From Podarcis liolepis (Eukaryota): 64,000 nucleotides of DNA. This document shows, piece by piece, positions 1 through 10,285 of this stretch. Where the stretch lies: NCBI GenBank assembly GCA_965112155.1, contig OZ218104.1; one strand, given 5' to 3'. Numbering within the stretch: position 1 is the first letter of the stretch; every line of letters starts with the position of its first letter. The translations under genes were made by a program, and so were the position numbers. The notes under the pieces are model-generated. The model was not told where the DNA came from. It searched no databases and saw only the letters and a program-made list of their open reading frames with translations.

Positions 1-2
1 AG

Positions 3-136
3 TGACGGAGTTTTCCAAGAAGACGGGTGACTACCCCAGTCTTTCAGCGACAGACATCCAAGTCCTGGCCTTGACCTACCAGCTGGAAGCAGAAAATGTT
101 GGTGTGGCTCACTTGAAGAAAGAGCCAGAGCAGAAG
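3..136 (+). CDS. NOB1: NOB1 exon 3
   Basis: AG at 1-2; (V)TEFSKKTGDYPSLSATDIQVLALTYQLEAENVGVAHLKKEPEQK; GT at 137. Confidence 0.92.
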
Positions 137-3100
137 GTGGATCTTCCTTCTTTTATTATTTCTCTTTTGAAGGGGCCTTTTCCAGCAAAATGTTTATTTA
201 CTATGATGTTGGTTTTGTATCCTGCTTTTCAGGCAAATGTTTTCTTACAAACAACTCACATTAATTAAAAGACAGACGGAGAAAGGTCCTGCTCTTAGTC
301 TTACACACTTTAAAAAACAAGACACACAAGAGAAGGGGAAATAAGGGAAGCGGGGGGAGGGGTGTTGACCAGATGGATAATGCCAGGAACCAAGTGGTGG
401 CAATGAGCACAGGCATTACTATCTAGTTGGGGCCAATATAATATTTCCTTGCTTGGACAGAGATGCTGTAAATGACCCTGCAGCCCTTGTTCCTCTGGCT
501 CATGTCAGCATTTGCTCCTACCTTTCATCTGTGCACTCCCAGGGCAATGGAAAAGAGTTCTTTCTGCCAGTGAGGAGGGAAGTCAACTCCCTCTGTGGCT
601 GATCGAGGAGGCCCCTTGTTGCAATATTCTTCCTATCCAGTAGGAGGGGGAAATCCAGTTCCCCGTGAATGCAGGACACTCTTGCCACCAGCTGCATGTG
701 TTAGCAACCTATGTTTTGTCTTTGTCTGTTTCCTGCTGCTGCAAATGCCAAACAGGCTGATGATGCACTGCCTGAATCCTGTCCTATGCTCTTCTGTGTC
801 TTGAATGCCATTCTTGCCATTGCTGCTCAAAAGCTGATCAGACTCTGGGATGGTAGGTTTTGTGAGGCAGCTGCTGCTGCAAAAATCAACACTATGCCCT
901 ACCTGACGCACATCCCACTTTCTTTTCTCTCCCCACCCTGGATCCTTGCAGGTAAAACTCAGCTCAACAAAGCAGCACCCTGAGACACCTGTTCACGTTG
1001 CTGGCTTCCATCTACCTTCCAAGGTAATTGCCTCTGTGAGCAATCTGAAACTCTGCCCCACTATTCATGGAAGGAGTATGAGCAGAGGGTAGCACACCTT
1101 GGTGACTCACTGCCCCTCCCCTCCTCCTGGTTGCACGGGGTGTAATCTGGGAATGACCAGGTGTCCCAGTTGAGCCCTTGCGCTGGGAGTCCTTGATAGG
1201 CAGCATCTCCTCCTTGGCTTGTGTGTGGATCCAGTGACCATTCAGCATCTACCAGAAGCCTAAAGGAAGAGGTAGCCACATACGGTTTTTCTAAGAGGGC
1301 CATGGAGGATGGCCAAATCGCTCAGTGGTGGAGCACCTGCTTTGCCTGCAAAAGGTCCCAGGTTCAATCCCAGTCAGCATCTCCAGGTAAACACCCCAGA
1401 GAGTCATTGCTGCCAGTCAGTGTAAGCAATTTGGAGCTTCTATATGACTGTTTCTTCTGGCAATTAATACATGTCAGCTTTTCTTCTGCCCAACTTTTCT
1501 TCTAGACAAAGTGCCCAGGAGGTGAGAAGAGTCCTTCCGTGGTGGGAAGCAGAAACTCTGCAGACTCCACAGGCCCTGAAACCTCTGAGTTTGGTTCCTT
1601 CCTGTTCTGGAGGAACCCTCTGCCCAGCATTGAGGAGGACCTACAGGACTTGCTGGTAAGAAGTCTTAGCATTCTTTCCTTTCTTCCTGCCTCACTGGGA
1701 CACGGGCACCACCTTCATCTCTACAGCCTGGGAAGGTTCCGTGCTCAGCGGATCCTCTCCCAATTGGTCTGTTTCTCACAGAAAGCGGATGCTGTTGTTA
1801 TTGTGCCGGAGGACCCCAAAGGCAACAAGAGTAGTGGTGAGGAGGAGGAGCAGAGTGGAGAGGACAGTGATGATGAAGAAGGCTGGATCACGCCCAGCAA
1901 CATCAAGCAGATCCAACAGGGCATGGGCCAGGCTGATGAGCCAGCTGGTGTGCAGGTTGGCTGTGTCACCACCGACTTTGCCATGCAGGCAAGTGTGGAC
2001 TATGTGAGACCTGATGGTCCCCAGGGCTTGAGGGGAGGGAGAAGGATGTATGCTTACCCTTTTGTCCTTGCTTCCATGCACCCAGTCAGGTCCTGTAAGC
2101 CTCCTGCTACATTCTTGTGCCTGCTACAGCTGCCTGGTCCAGGCTTCCTGGAGGCCCAGCAGAGGTTTTATGGTCTATGTTGGAAGAACATGATGAGAAT
2201 AGGAGGGACAGAAAGGGTGGCTCATGAGCAGCAAGGGGTGACTTGGGTGGCAGCAGGAAGCTGAGAAGAGGGAATGAAAGTGGCCAGGTGAAGAGCAGAG
2301 GGATGAGAGAGAGAGAGAGGAGAAGCTCCAGGAGGTGGATTGAAGGCAAACAGGCAGTGGGACAAAAACAGGAAGGGGAGAGGGGAAGCAGCCCTTTGTG
2401 CTCCGTTGGGAACCTGGCAGACCTGAAGGAGAGGAAACGGGGGACTCTCTTTCAACTGGAGAAGCTTGGTCAGGCCAGCAGCAAAAGAAGAGCAAGCATT
2501 TCATGTTTTTTAAAAAGGAGAGCAAGCATTGCCTTATTTTAGCTCCAGCCCTTTCCAAGACCCCAGCCTATGGAGTATCCAAAGTCTGTTGAGAGGGACT
2601 CGCCCTGCACCAGCATCATAGGTGCTGATTGGGCTCCCCTCCCCTTCTCTGGTCTCTTTCCCACAGAACATTCTGCTGCAGATGGGCCTGCATGTGTTGG
2701 CAGTCAATGGTATGCTGATCCGGCACACCCGGAGCTACGTCCTGCGCTGCCATGGCTGCTTCAAGTATGTGATGAGTTGGTGGCTGGGCTGCAATCTCTG
2801 GCATATGGGCAACAGCTGGGGCTGTGTCCAGCCATATTCAGGAGGTGCCCCTTGGGCTTAGTCAATGGGCTGCTGCCAAGGTTGTCAGCCCGCTGACCTG
2901 GCTTCTCTGCTTTCCTCCAGAACCACATCAGAAATGACCCGGCTCTTCTGCCCCCACTGCGGGAACAAGACACTTAAGAAGGTGGCGGTGAGCGTGGACG
3001 ACGATGGCACCATCCACATGCATTTTTCCCGGAATCCCAAGGTCTTGAACCCCCGTGGCCTCCGGGTGAGCAGCTCTGCTCTGGGCTCCAGTGCTCTTAT

Positions 3101-3894
3101 GGGCTTTCTGGGCTTGTTGTTGTCTCTGTTGGCTGCCTGTGCTCCCAGCTGAGCACCTGAGGCAAGAAGTAAGAGTCTGCAGCAGGCCATGATGGCCTCT
3201 GGGGCCAGCAGAAGAATCTTCTCTGGGCTTATTTATTTCCTCCCAATGGCAAAAGTTCTGTGGCCAGTGCTATCCAGTGTAGCTTTAAGGAACTTGTTCC
3301 ACTAGTACAACGATTTATGATTGTGCAGCAAAATTTCCCCCTGCATGTGTCCCACACCTTCCCAAATTTTCTCCAAAGAGTTGGGGGAACCCCATAACAG
3401 ATTATGGGGGAAGAAGATGTGGGGGTGTTTGTTGTGCAGCTGTCACTCCTCATGCTACAACCATGAGTGGATTGGATACCACTGTAAGTAAAAATGTAAA
3501 ACCGTAACTTGGAAAAAATACAACAAGGATGAAAGTCAAGTGTGAGGTGCCTCTCCCTGTCAGGGGTGTGGGCCAGGGTGCATTGGGCCTTTTGGCTTCA
3601 CTGTGTGCCTCTTTCTTTCCACAGTACTCTCTTCCAGCTCCTCAGGGTGGGAAGCACGCAAACAATCCCCACCTGACAGAGGACCAGCACTTCCCCCAGC
3701 AACGGCTCTCCCGCAAGGCCAGGCAGAAGACAAACGTCTTTGACCCCGATTATATTGCAGGAGTTTCTCCATTTGCGGAAAACGACATCTACAGCCGGGC
3801 GGCCAACCTACAGATCCGGGATACGGCGCTGGGTGCAGGCAGGAGGCGTCTGAACCCCAACACAGCCTCCAAAAAATTTGTGAAAAAGAGATGA
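3..3894 (+). CDS. NOB1: NOB1 (20S pre-rRNA site-3/D endonuclease), 5'-partial; join(3..136,952..1023,1506..1655,1782..1988,2667..2764,2921..3065,3625..3894)
   Basis: The spliced exons give one frame: FSKKTGDYPSLSATD (PIN domain), an acidic loop DSDDEEGWITPSN, TTDFAMQN, a zinc ribbon CHGC...CPHCGN and C-terminal KKFVKKR*. Splice phases are consistent. Confidence 0.97.
952..1023 (+). CDS. NOB1: NOB1 exon 4
   Basis: ttgcag|...AAG|gtaatt; VKLSSTKQHPETPVHVAGFHLPSK; 72 nt. Confidence 0.93.
1302..1445 (+). mobile_element. tRNA-derived squamate SINE, degraded
   Basis: A box gctcagtggtggagc, B box ggttcaatccc, then ...ctgccagtcagtgtaagcaat; related copies at 24036-24215 (-) and 24865-25050 (+). Confidence 0.7.
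1506..1655 (+). CDS. NOB1: NOB1 exon 5
   Basis: ttctag|...CTG|gtaaga; TKCPGG...EFGSFLFWRNPLPSIEEDLQDLL. Confidence 0.92.
1782..1988 (+). CDS. NOB1: NOB1 exon 6 (GC donor)
   Basis: tcacag|KADAVV...DDEEGWITPSN...CVTTDFAMQ|gcaagt. Confidence 0.9.
2667..2764 (+). CDS. NOB1: NOB1 exon 7
   Basis: ccacag|NILLQMGLHVLAVNGMLIRHTRSYVLRCHGCF(K)|gtatgt. Confidence 0.95.
2921..3065 (+). CDS. NOB1: NOB1 exon 8
   Basis: ctccag|TTSEMTRLFCPHCGNKTLKKV...NPKVLNPRGLR|gtgagc. Confidence 0.95.
3625..3894 (+). CDS. NOB1: NOB1 exon 9 (last coding exon)
   Basis: ccacag|YSLPAPQGGKHANNPHLTEDQ...SKKFVKKR, TGA at 3892-3894. Confidence 0.95.
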   Translation, partial: YSLPAPQGGKHANNPHLTEDQHFPQQRLSRKARQKTNVFDPDYIAGVSPFAENDIYSRAANLQIRDTALGAGRRRLNPNTASKKFVKKR

Positions 3895-4202
3895 GGTGGG
3901 GAGAGATGCAACCACTCACCTGTCCCACTTGTCAATGAAGGGAGGACAAGTCTTTTGTTTCCTACAGCTTGTGTGAAGGCAGGACTTTGCCCCTTGGCTC
4001 TACTTCCTGACTGCTTCCAAGGCAACAGACACTAGTGTGAATAAAGGGCAAGCAGCAGGAAGGTGGGAGGCAGACTGCCAAGTGATCTGGAAAGTGAGAG
4101 TGGCCCTCGTGTGGCAGAATCCATGTGCTGCGCTCAGGTCTTGGGTGCATTCTAATGCAAAAGACTCAGCAGCGGTGGCTGCATGTTTTGTTTTGTTTTT
4201 TT

Positions 4203-4208
4203 AATAAA
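4203..4208 (+). terminator. Probable NOB1 polyadenylation signal
   Basis: AATAAA with a U-rich stretch upstream and GU-rich sequence downstream; a second AATAAA lies at 4040-4045. Confidence 0.6.
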
Positions 4209-5344
4209 CCAGGGTGTCTGCACATTTGGTGTCTGTGCACAGCTCCTTGTGGTTTAGCTTGTCCCTTTCCTGACAACTAGACCCCTTTTCTCCCATGAGC
4301 GGAAGGTGGCCTTTCCCTTGTAGTAGTCAAGAGCACAAGCCTTGGTCTTTTTCTACCAGGTCTTCAGCCATACAGTGAGCTGGTTGGGATGGCTAGAGAG
4401 GAAGCACTGCTCTTTGACTGTCTTCTATCACATTGCTGGCTGCAAACTTTTGAGTTCCACAAAGCTCTTCCACAGAAGTGGCTGTTCAAAGCAAAAACAG
4501 GAAAGTTTACGGCCCAATAGCTGATTAACCCCAAAACACACATCCATGTGGGCTAATAAGAGTAGGAACCTGTAAAAGCCTGTTTAATTTTTGGTCTAAA
4601 TACTATGCTGGGGAATAGGCCTCCGTTTATCTCAAAAGATCACTTCCACTATTGTCAAAACATATGACAATAGGTTGCCTAAAATCTTTTCTCTTTTGTG
4701 AAAAGGGGTTAAAGAGCCATGAGAAGGACAACTGCAGGAATGTCACAAAAAACTGCAAAAATGCCTGGCAATGAGCTGGTGGCAACTCCATAAGGCCACG
4801 TCCTACTCACAGAGAGAACCGCAGGTGTTCTCCCCCAGCCCTCTGGTGGGTCCTCTTGCAAGACAAGTTGTGTCACATTTTCTACTGTTTCCTGCCTTGG
4901 GCTACAGCAAATCCTCCTTGCACTTAACAAGCCTTTTCCTTGTAGAGGAAAGGTTAACAGCCAGTTTGCTGCAGACTGGCCCCTGTTCCATTCCTCCTAA
5001 CTATGCCCCAGCATGCAACAAAGGCCCACTATATACCTGGGAGCAAAACTGACTAGTAAATGAAATTTGATTAGATAGATTTCTAGTGCAAACAAAGGGC
5101 CCTGCCCAGTCCTTGCATAGCTCTAGTTAAGTCGCTAACAGTGCCCCACCCTGGCACCACACAAAGTTAATCTGGGCATTTGCAACTTGAATGAAAGGGC
5201 TGTCAAAAACATTCTTTGCCATCTTCTAGGGAGGCAGTTGCCAACTTCATAGGCACGCCTAGCCTGCTTGCTTTGTTCTGAATCTGCCGTGCAAACACCA
5301 AAGACCTGCCCTTGGTGGCTAGGACTTAATAAACGAGTGGCTTA

Positions 5345-5363
5345 CACACACACACACACACAC
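5345..5363. repeat. (AC)n microsatellite
   Basis: Visible dinucleotide run. Confidence 0.9.
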
Positions 5364-6444
5364 TTTTAGCAAAGTTTGGTGATTTGTACTTTTCTCTTTT
5401 ACCTGTTCCCATATACCTTTCGCCAAAAGCAGACACTGCTGCTTCCTATTGGAATTGTATTCTACTAATTAATTAATATGAATTCCCATATGTATTGAAA
5501 ATACTCCCAGGAAGTGTGTGATCTTGCCACAGAGCAGAGCATTCAGAGAAATGACCATTGCCCAAAATTCATGTGACATTGCTGCCTCTGGATCCATCCC
5601 ATTACAGTACTGATATAGAAGATAGCCATGGTCAGCAACAGAAGCTAGTTTGGTACAGCCTGAAATCATTTTACTACTTCCAAATACTGTCCACAGGATT
5701 CTTTGTAGTGGCACCCAGAGGCTGTTGGGGAACACCAGTAGCCTCACAGGAAACTGATTCAATGTGGTTGTGAGGACCCAAGTGACACGCCGAGCAGAGA
5801 TACCTCTTAGCAAAGCTCTTGGCCTGCTTGGAGTTTAATTAGCATGTTGTTCTCCTTTGTTTATGACTGGACTAAGGACTACAGCAACATCTAGGGCCCT
5901 GGGGACCCCCTTAAAGAGTCCTAGTTCTCTCTGATTGCTTTGGATACCATTTGCCTGTTGTCAATGCCAGCAGTCCAGTAGTCCCTTGATAGGAGCCTGA
6001 GCTGGTAAGGCTTTGTGTATTTGCCTAGCCTTCTCCCCATTGTGGCAGCAAGAGCAAGAGCTAATTCTTTCATGTGCTTACTATTTCACATGCTCCCATT
6101 TTTTCATTGGTAATTTCTCCCTCCAAAGATCCAAGCAGTAATCTGAGCTGTACAAAGAGCTTGATGAATGATGCAGTGGATGGGTGGCAGGAATAAATTG
6201 TTGGCATCCTCTGTCTTGGGAGACAATGGGAAAGGGCACCTTTGGGTAAAATCAAACTGCGGGAGAGTTACAGCACTTTGGGTGTAGAGACCAATGCAGA
6301 AGAAACATGTTTTGTTGCAGCAGGGCCAGATGAAGATGTCTGGTTGTGGTACAGCAGAGGCACCATGGCATTTCTTCTCTCTGCACCCCTCCCAGTGGTC
6401 ATTTCTCCTCTGCTCACTGCTGTGGATACATGCCCTGACTGTCG

Positions 6445-6775
6445 TTTTAGGACAGATAAAGGAAAAGACTTCTCCACACGGCGCATAGTTAAACTGTGGA
6501 ATTAGCTTTCACAAGAGGCAATGATTGCCACCAACTTGGATGGCATTAAATGAGGATTAGACAAATTCGTGGAGGAGAAGGCTATCAATGGCTATGTTGT
6601 ACCTGCATTATCGTGCCTCTGAAAACCAGTTGCTGGGAATCACAAGTGGGGAAAGTGCTTGTTGCACTCATGTCCAGCTTGCAGGCATCTGGTTGGGCAC
6701 TATGAGAACAGGATGTGGGACTAGATGGCTCACTGACCTGATCCAGCAGCCTCATCTTTTGTCCTTACACCCTGC
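6445..6775 (+). mobile_element. CR1 LINE 3' fragment
   Basis: End of a CR1-like ORF2 (FRTDKGKDFSTRRIVKLWN) plus 3' UTR ...ggactagatggc...cctgatccagcag; the same tail occurs inverted near 16786 and 27293. Confidence 0.7.
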
Positions 6776-8437
6776 AGAGTAAATACTGCTAGGCTTGAAG
6801 GACCAACGGTCTGACTTCGTATATAAGAATAGCTGCACATCATCAGATGTCACAAAAGGTACAGATTCAAACACTAACTGACTAGGCTATTTGGTGCCTC
6901 TGAAGAGGATTAACAGCAGCTGTTTTCACAACTAGTATTTAAATGGGTTTTTGCATTGTCTACAGTTCAATTTTCATTGAATGAAAATGTCATATCCTCC
7001 AGAATGAATGCCCATCTCTAGACTTACTTAAGTCTTTGCACTAATGTAGGATTTTTTGCATTCATTCCTGTACTGTATGTACCACTAACTTAGGGATAGC
7101 CTTCATTAAATAATTGAGGGATTCTGCTCATTTCAAAAAAAGAGCTAAAAGTCCTTCCCCAAAATGCTGTGGGCAAGGGAAGGGCTGCTGAGATGTCAAA
7201 AGCCACCAGCAAGAATGCCTAGCTGGAAGCCTGTGAGCGATTCTTGTAAAATTCACATTCTGTAATTTCATCACCAAAGACAAGTTCAAACTGCATCTTT
7301 CTAGCAGCGTGGCTTAACACTTCAGCACTGAACCAACATGGGTATCTTCAACTAGCAAGGTCCTTTTTTTTCTTTTTTCTTTTTTGCAGGGGAGGGGGTT
7401 AAATTGTGCAGGCCTGCCACACGGATCTGCTAATACAGTAAGAGATCCAGAATGGGAGGAGTCCTTGGCAAGCACTGATCCTTCCCCAAAGCTGCCATCT
7501 GCACACACCTTCTAAAGCACCTACCCTGGTACTCACCTTTGCCCCATCCTGGACCAAATGAAGTACCTCAGTTGGCTGTGCTGCGGCCAGTTGGCAAACA
7601 CTTCAATGACTCTTATTAAGAGGTGCTAGAAGGGCAATTTCTCCACCTTTTCAATGTATGTTTTCCAGAGAAGGCAGCTGAGGCAGGGCTGGGGCTTGTG
7701 TCTTCATTTGCAGCAGGGGTCGGGAGTCATGCAGAATTAAGGAAAGGCAGAGTACAAGGCTGGGTTCATGTATTTCATTTGCACTATGTCAGGTGTTCCA
7801 GGTTCACTTTGCAGAAGGCTTCCTATCGTCAATTTTTCTCTGCTTTCTGCCAGCAAATGGGCAGGTGAAGCAGCATGGCATACTCTGGTGCCCTTTTATC
7901 TGCTTTCCAGTGAGATAAATTCTGTCTGGGGTTTTGCCTTGGCCCTTGGATAGAGCTGCAAGCTGGGACTGCATCAATGAAAAGGGCACATTTCACGTTG
8001 GAAACCATGGGCAAGCTGGGTGTCGGTCCTGCCCCCCCCCAAAAAAATCGTGGCTACACCCATGTTGGAAATGAAGCTACTGTATTAAGCATTGTCACCA
8101 GTCTCCCCTGTGAGGGCTACGAGTGGACGCTTGCCCCTAACAGCATGACAGCAAAATGGACCCTTCAGCGTCTATCTCTGAAAGCCAATGGCACAGATGA
8201 CAGGAGGTTTTGCGTCTTCCTTTTCGGACATCTGGTGGTTGGTCACTGGGAGAAAGCGGGATGCTGGGCCGGAGGCGTGTCTTTAGATGGAGAGCTGCCA
8301 AATTAAGGGAGAAGTGAATGGGCTCTCGATGGCTCCTGGTCATGAGTTTCGCGGTACAGAGGCAGTCTCCCTCGAGGCGAAGCCTTCCCCTCGGGGCACC
8401 AAGAGGCAACATGCTGGGTCTGGCCGGAGTGTGGTTT

Positions 8438-8446
8438 CCCCGCCCC
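8438..8446 (+). promoter_or_regulatory. GC box (Sp/KLF site)
   Basis: CCCCGCCCC immediately 5' of the ARE. Confidence 0.65.
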
Positions 8447-8461
8447 AGTGACTCAGCAAAT
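8447..8461 (+). promoter_or_regulatory. Antioxidant response element (NRF2/sMAF, with embedded AP-1 site)
   Basis: AGTGACTCAGCAAAT matches RTGACnnnGC with an AT-rich 3' flank; same core as the mammalian NQO1 ARE. Confidence 0.88.
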
Positions 8462-8483
8462 CCGCGCCTCCTCCTCCGCCTCT

Positions 8484-8490
8484 TATAAGA
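8484..8490 (+). promoter_or_regulatory. NQO1 TATA box
   Basis: TATAAGA 55 nt upstream of the ATG within GC-rich sequence. Confidence 0.75.
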
Positions 8491-8538
8491 CCCGCGGCGC
8501 CGACGGCTTAGTTCAACTGCTGCCTGGCTTGCATCGCC

Positions 8539-8545
8539 ATGGCTG
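8539..8545 (+). CDS. NQO1: NQO1 exon 1, coding part
   Basis: gccATGGCTG|gtaagt; good Kozak context. Confidence 0.92.
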
Positions 8546-10249
8546 GTAAGTAGCTCGTCTCCTCGGCCCAGCCTTACTCTGGTGGGCCCTAAAGTGCGCA
8601 TCAGGCTGCCTCGCGGAGCCAAGCGGGCAGGTCGAAAAGAGAGGAAGGACGGGGGTGGGTGGGATCGATCGAGTCGAGTCTCCAAGGCACAGGCTCCCCC
8701 TGCAGGAGTCCTTTCCCGCCTCGAGAGGGTCTCCCCTCGGGTTCCCCGAGGCCCTGCCGCAGCGCTGGCAGCAACTTGCAAGGAGGCGGGTGGCGCCCAC
8801 CTGGCGGGCCCCCGAAAGGCAGGCAGGGGCCTGCGAGGCTGCGCTGCCCTGGTGGGAGGCGCCGAGGCGGGAGTCTGTCCGCCTCTGTTGCAGTCCCGGA
8901 GCTTTGGCCGCCCGAGGCGCCTTGCCTTGCCAGGCTCTGCCCTCCTGCTCTCCTTGCAGCTCGGCAGGCGCTGATCGTGCTGGCCCACCCGGAGCGGACA
9001 TCCTTCAACTATGCCATGAAGGAGGCGGCTGTCGAGGCGCTGCAGAAGAGTGGGTGGAAGGTGACCGTCTCGGATCTCTACGCCATGCGCTTCAACCCGG
9101 TCCTCTCCCGGGACGACGTCACCGGTACATAGGTCTCTGGGTCCCTCTCGCTCCGCTAGGTGTGTCTGCACAGATTGGCGGCGGCGCCAGCTCGGCTGGG
9201 TTTCAGGCCGGCTGGGAGGGGGCGCTTTCCCCCAGCCTTCCTGCCTGGAGGAACTGTCGTCGGGGCGAGTACCCGGGACCTTTTGCGGCTCCTTTCCCGG
9301 AGCTGCCAGAGCCTCCGCCTCGCCTGCGTGCCTGGACCCACCCTTCCCCCTCTCCCCCTCCCTCAGGCAAGCCGAAGGACCCGCAGCACTTCAGCTACCC
9401 GGCCGAAACGGGGCTGGCATGGAAAGAAGGCCGCCTGAGCAGGGACATCGTAGAGGAGCAAAAAAAGCTGGACGCTGCCGATCTTGTCATCTTCCAGGTG
9501 GTTCCCAGATCATAGGACGCTGCCTTCTAAGGAGTCAGACCACCTGGTCCATCAATCCCAGGGTTGTTTAAGTGAACTGTTTCTCCAGGTTTTCCAGCAT
9601 GAGTCTCCCCCACCCCTTCTACAGCCCTTCTCCAACTATCATAGATGGGCACCGGCTTCCTGGGAGGGGATTTAAGGGGGGGGTGACTTTTCACCTGCAT
9701 CATAAGCCTCTTCTTGCCTTAGGCTTGTAGTGTTTGACCTGAGTGTGGATTTTGGCCATGTATCTTGTTGGCCAATGAACTCTGGAGAGGCAAAATTAGG
9801 AAGTCCTAATTCAGTAAAGAGGGTGGGAGCAACACTGGCAGCTCAGGCTTTAAAAACTGGATTCTGGCAAACATGGAAATTGTCCACACAGGGCCTGTAC
9901 TTCACAGGGGGGAAACAATATGTTTCTAACCCCCTGCTAGAGCTTGCCATTGGAACAAAGTTCTAGAGCTAGTGGTTCTAAGGGCATGGCCATGGGCACT
10001 GAAGAGCTTTTGGGGAATGGACCTGGACTCTAAAGTACCATGAAATGAATGTGCAACAAGGGCCTCAACCCTTAGCCTGTCGCTCTGCTTCTGTTGCAGT
10101 TCCCTCTCCAGTGGTTTGGTGTCCCGGCCATCTTGAAAGGGTGGTATGAGCGTGTCCTCACTGGTGGATTTGCCTACTCCTACAGTGCCATGTATGACCA
10201 GGGGCCCTTCAAGGTAGGTATGCAGTGGGGATTGGGTGGGAGTGAAGTC

Positions 10250-10285
<36 letters not shown>

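Larger units (their letters stand above)
8330..9480. promoter_or_regulatory. CpG island over the NQO1 promoter and exons 1-3
   Basis: Sharp rise in GC content and CpG density relative to the flanks. Confidence 0.85.

Noticed and set aside
8275-8279. GCGTG core, a possible AhR xenobiotic response element upstream of NQO1
   Set aside because: Lacks the TnGCGTG flank, and the 5-mer is common near CpG islands.
8137-9515. Long overlapping ORFs (344 aa on -, 286 aa on +) around NQO1 exons 1-3
   Set aside because: Expected from stop-codon scarcity in a CpG island. They are Arg/Pro/Gly/Ala-rich with no recognisable domain beyond the true NQO1 exons.
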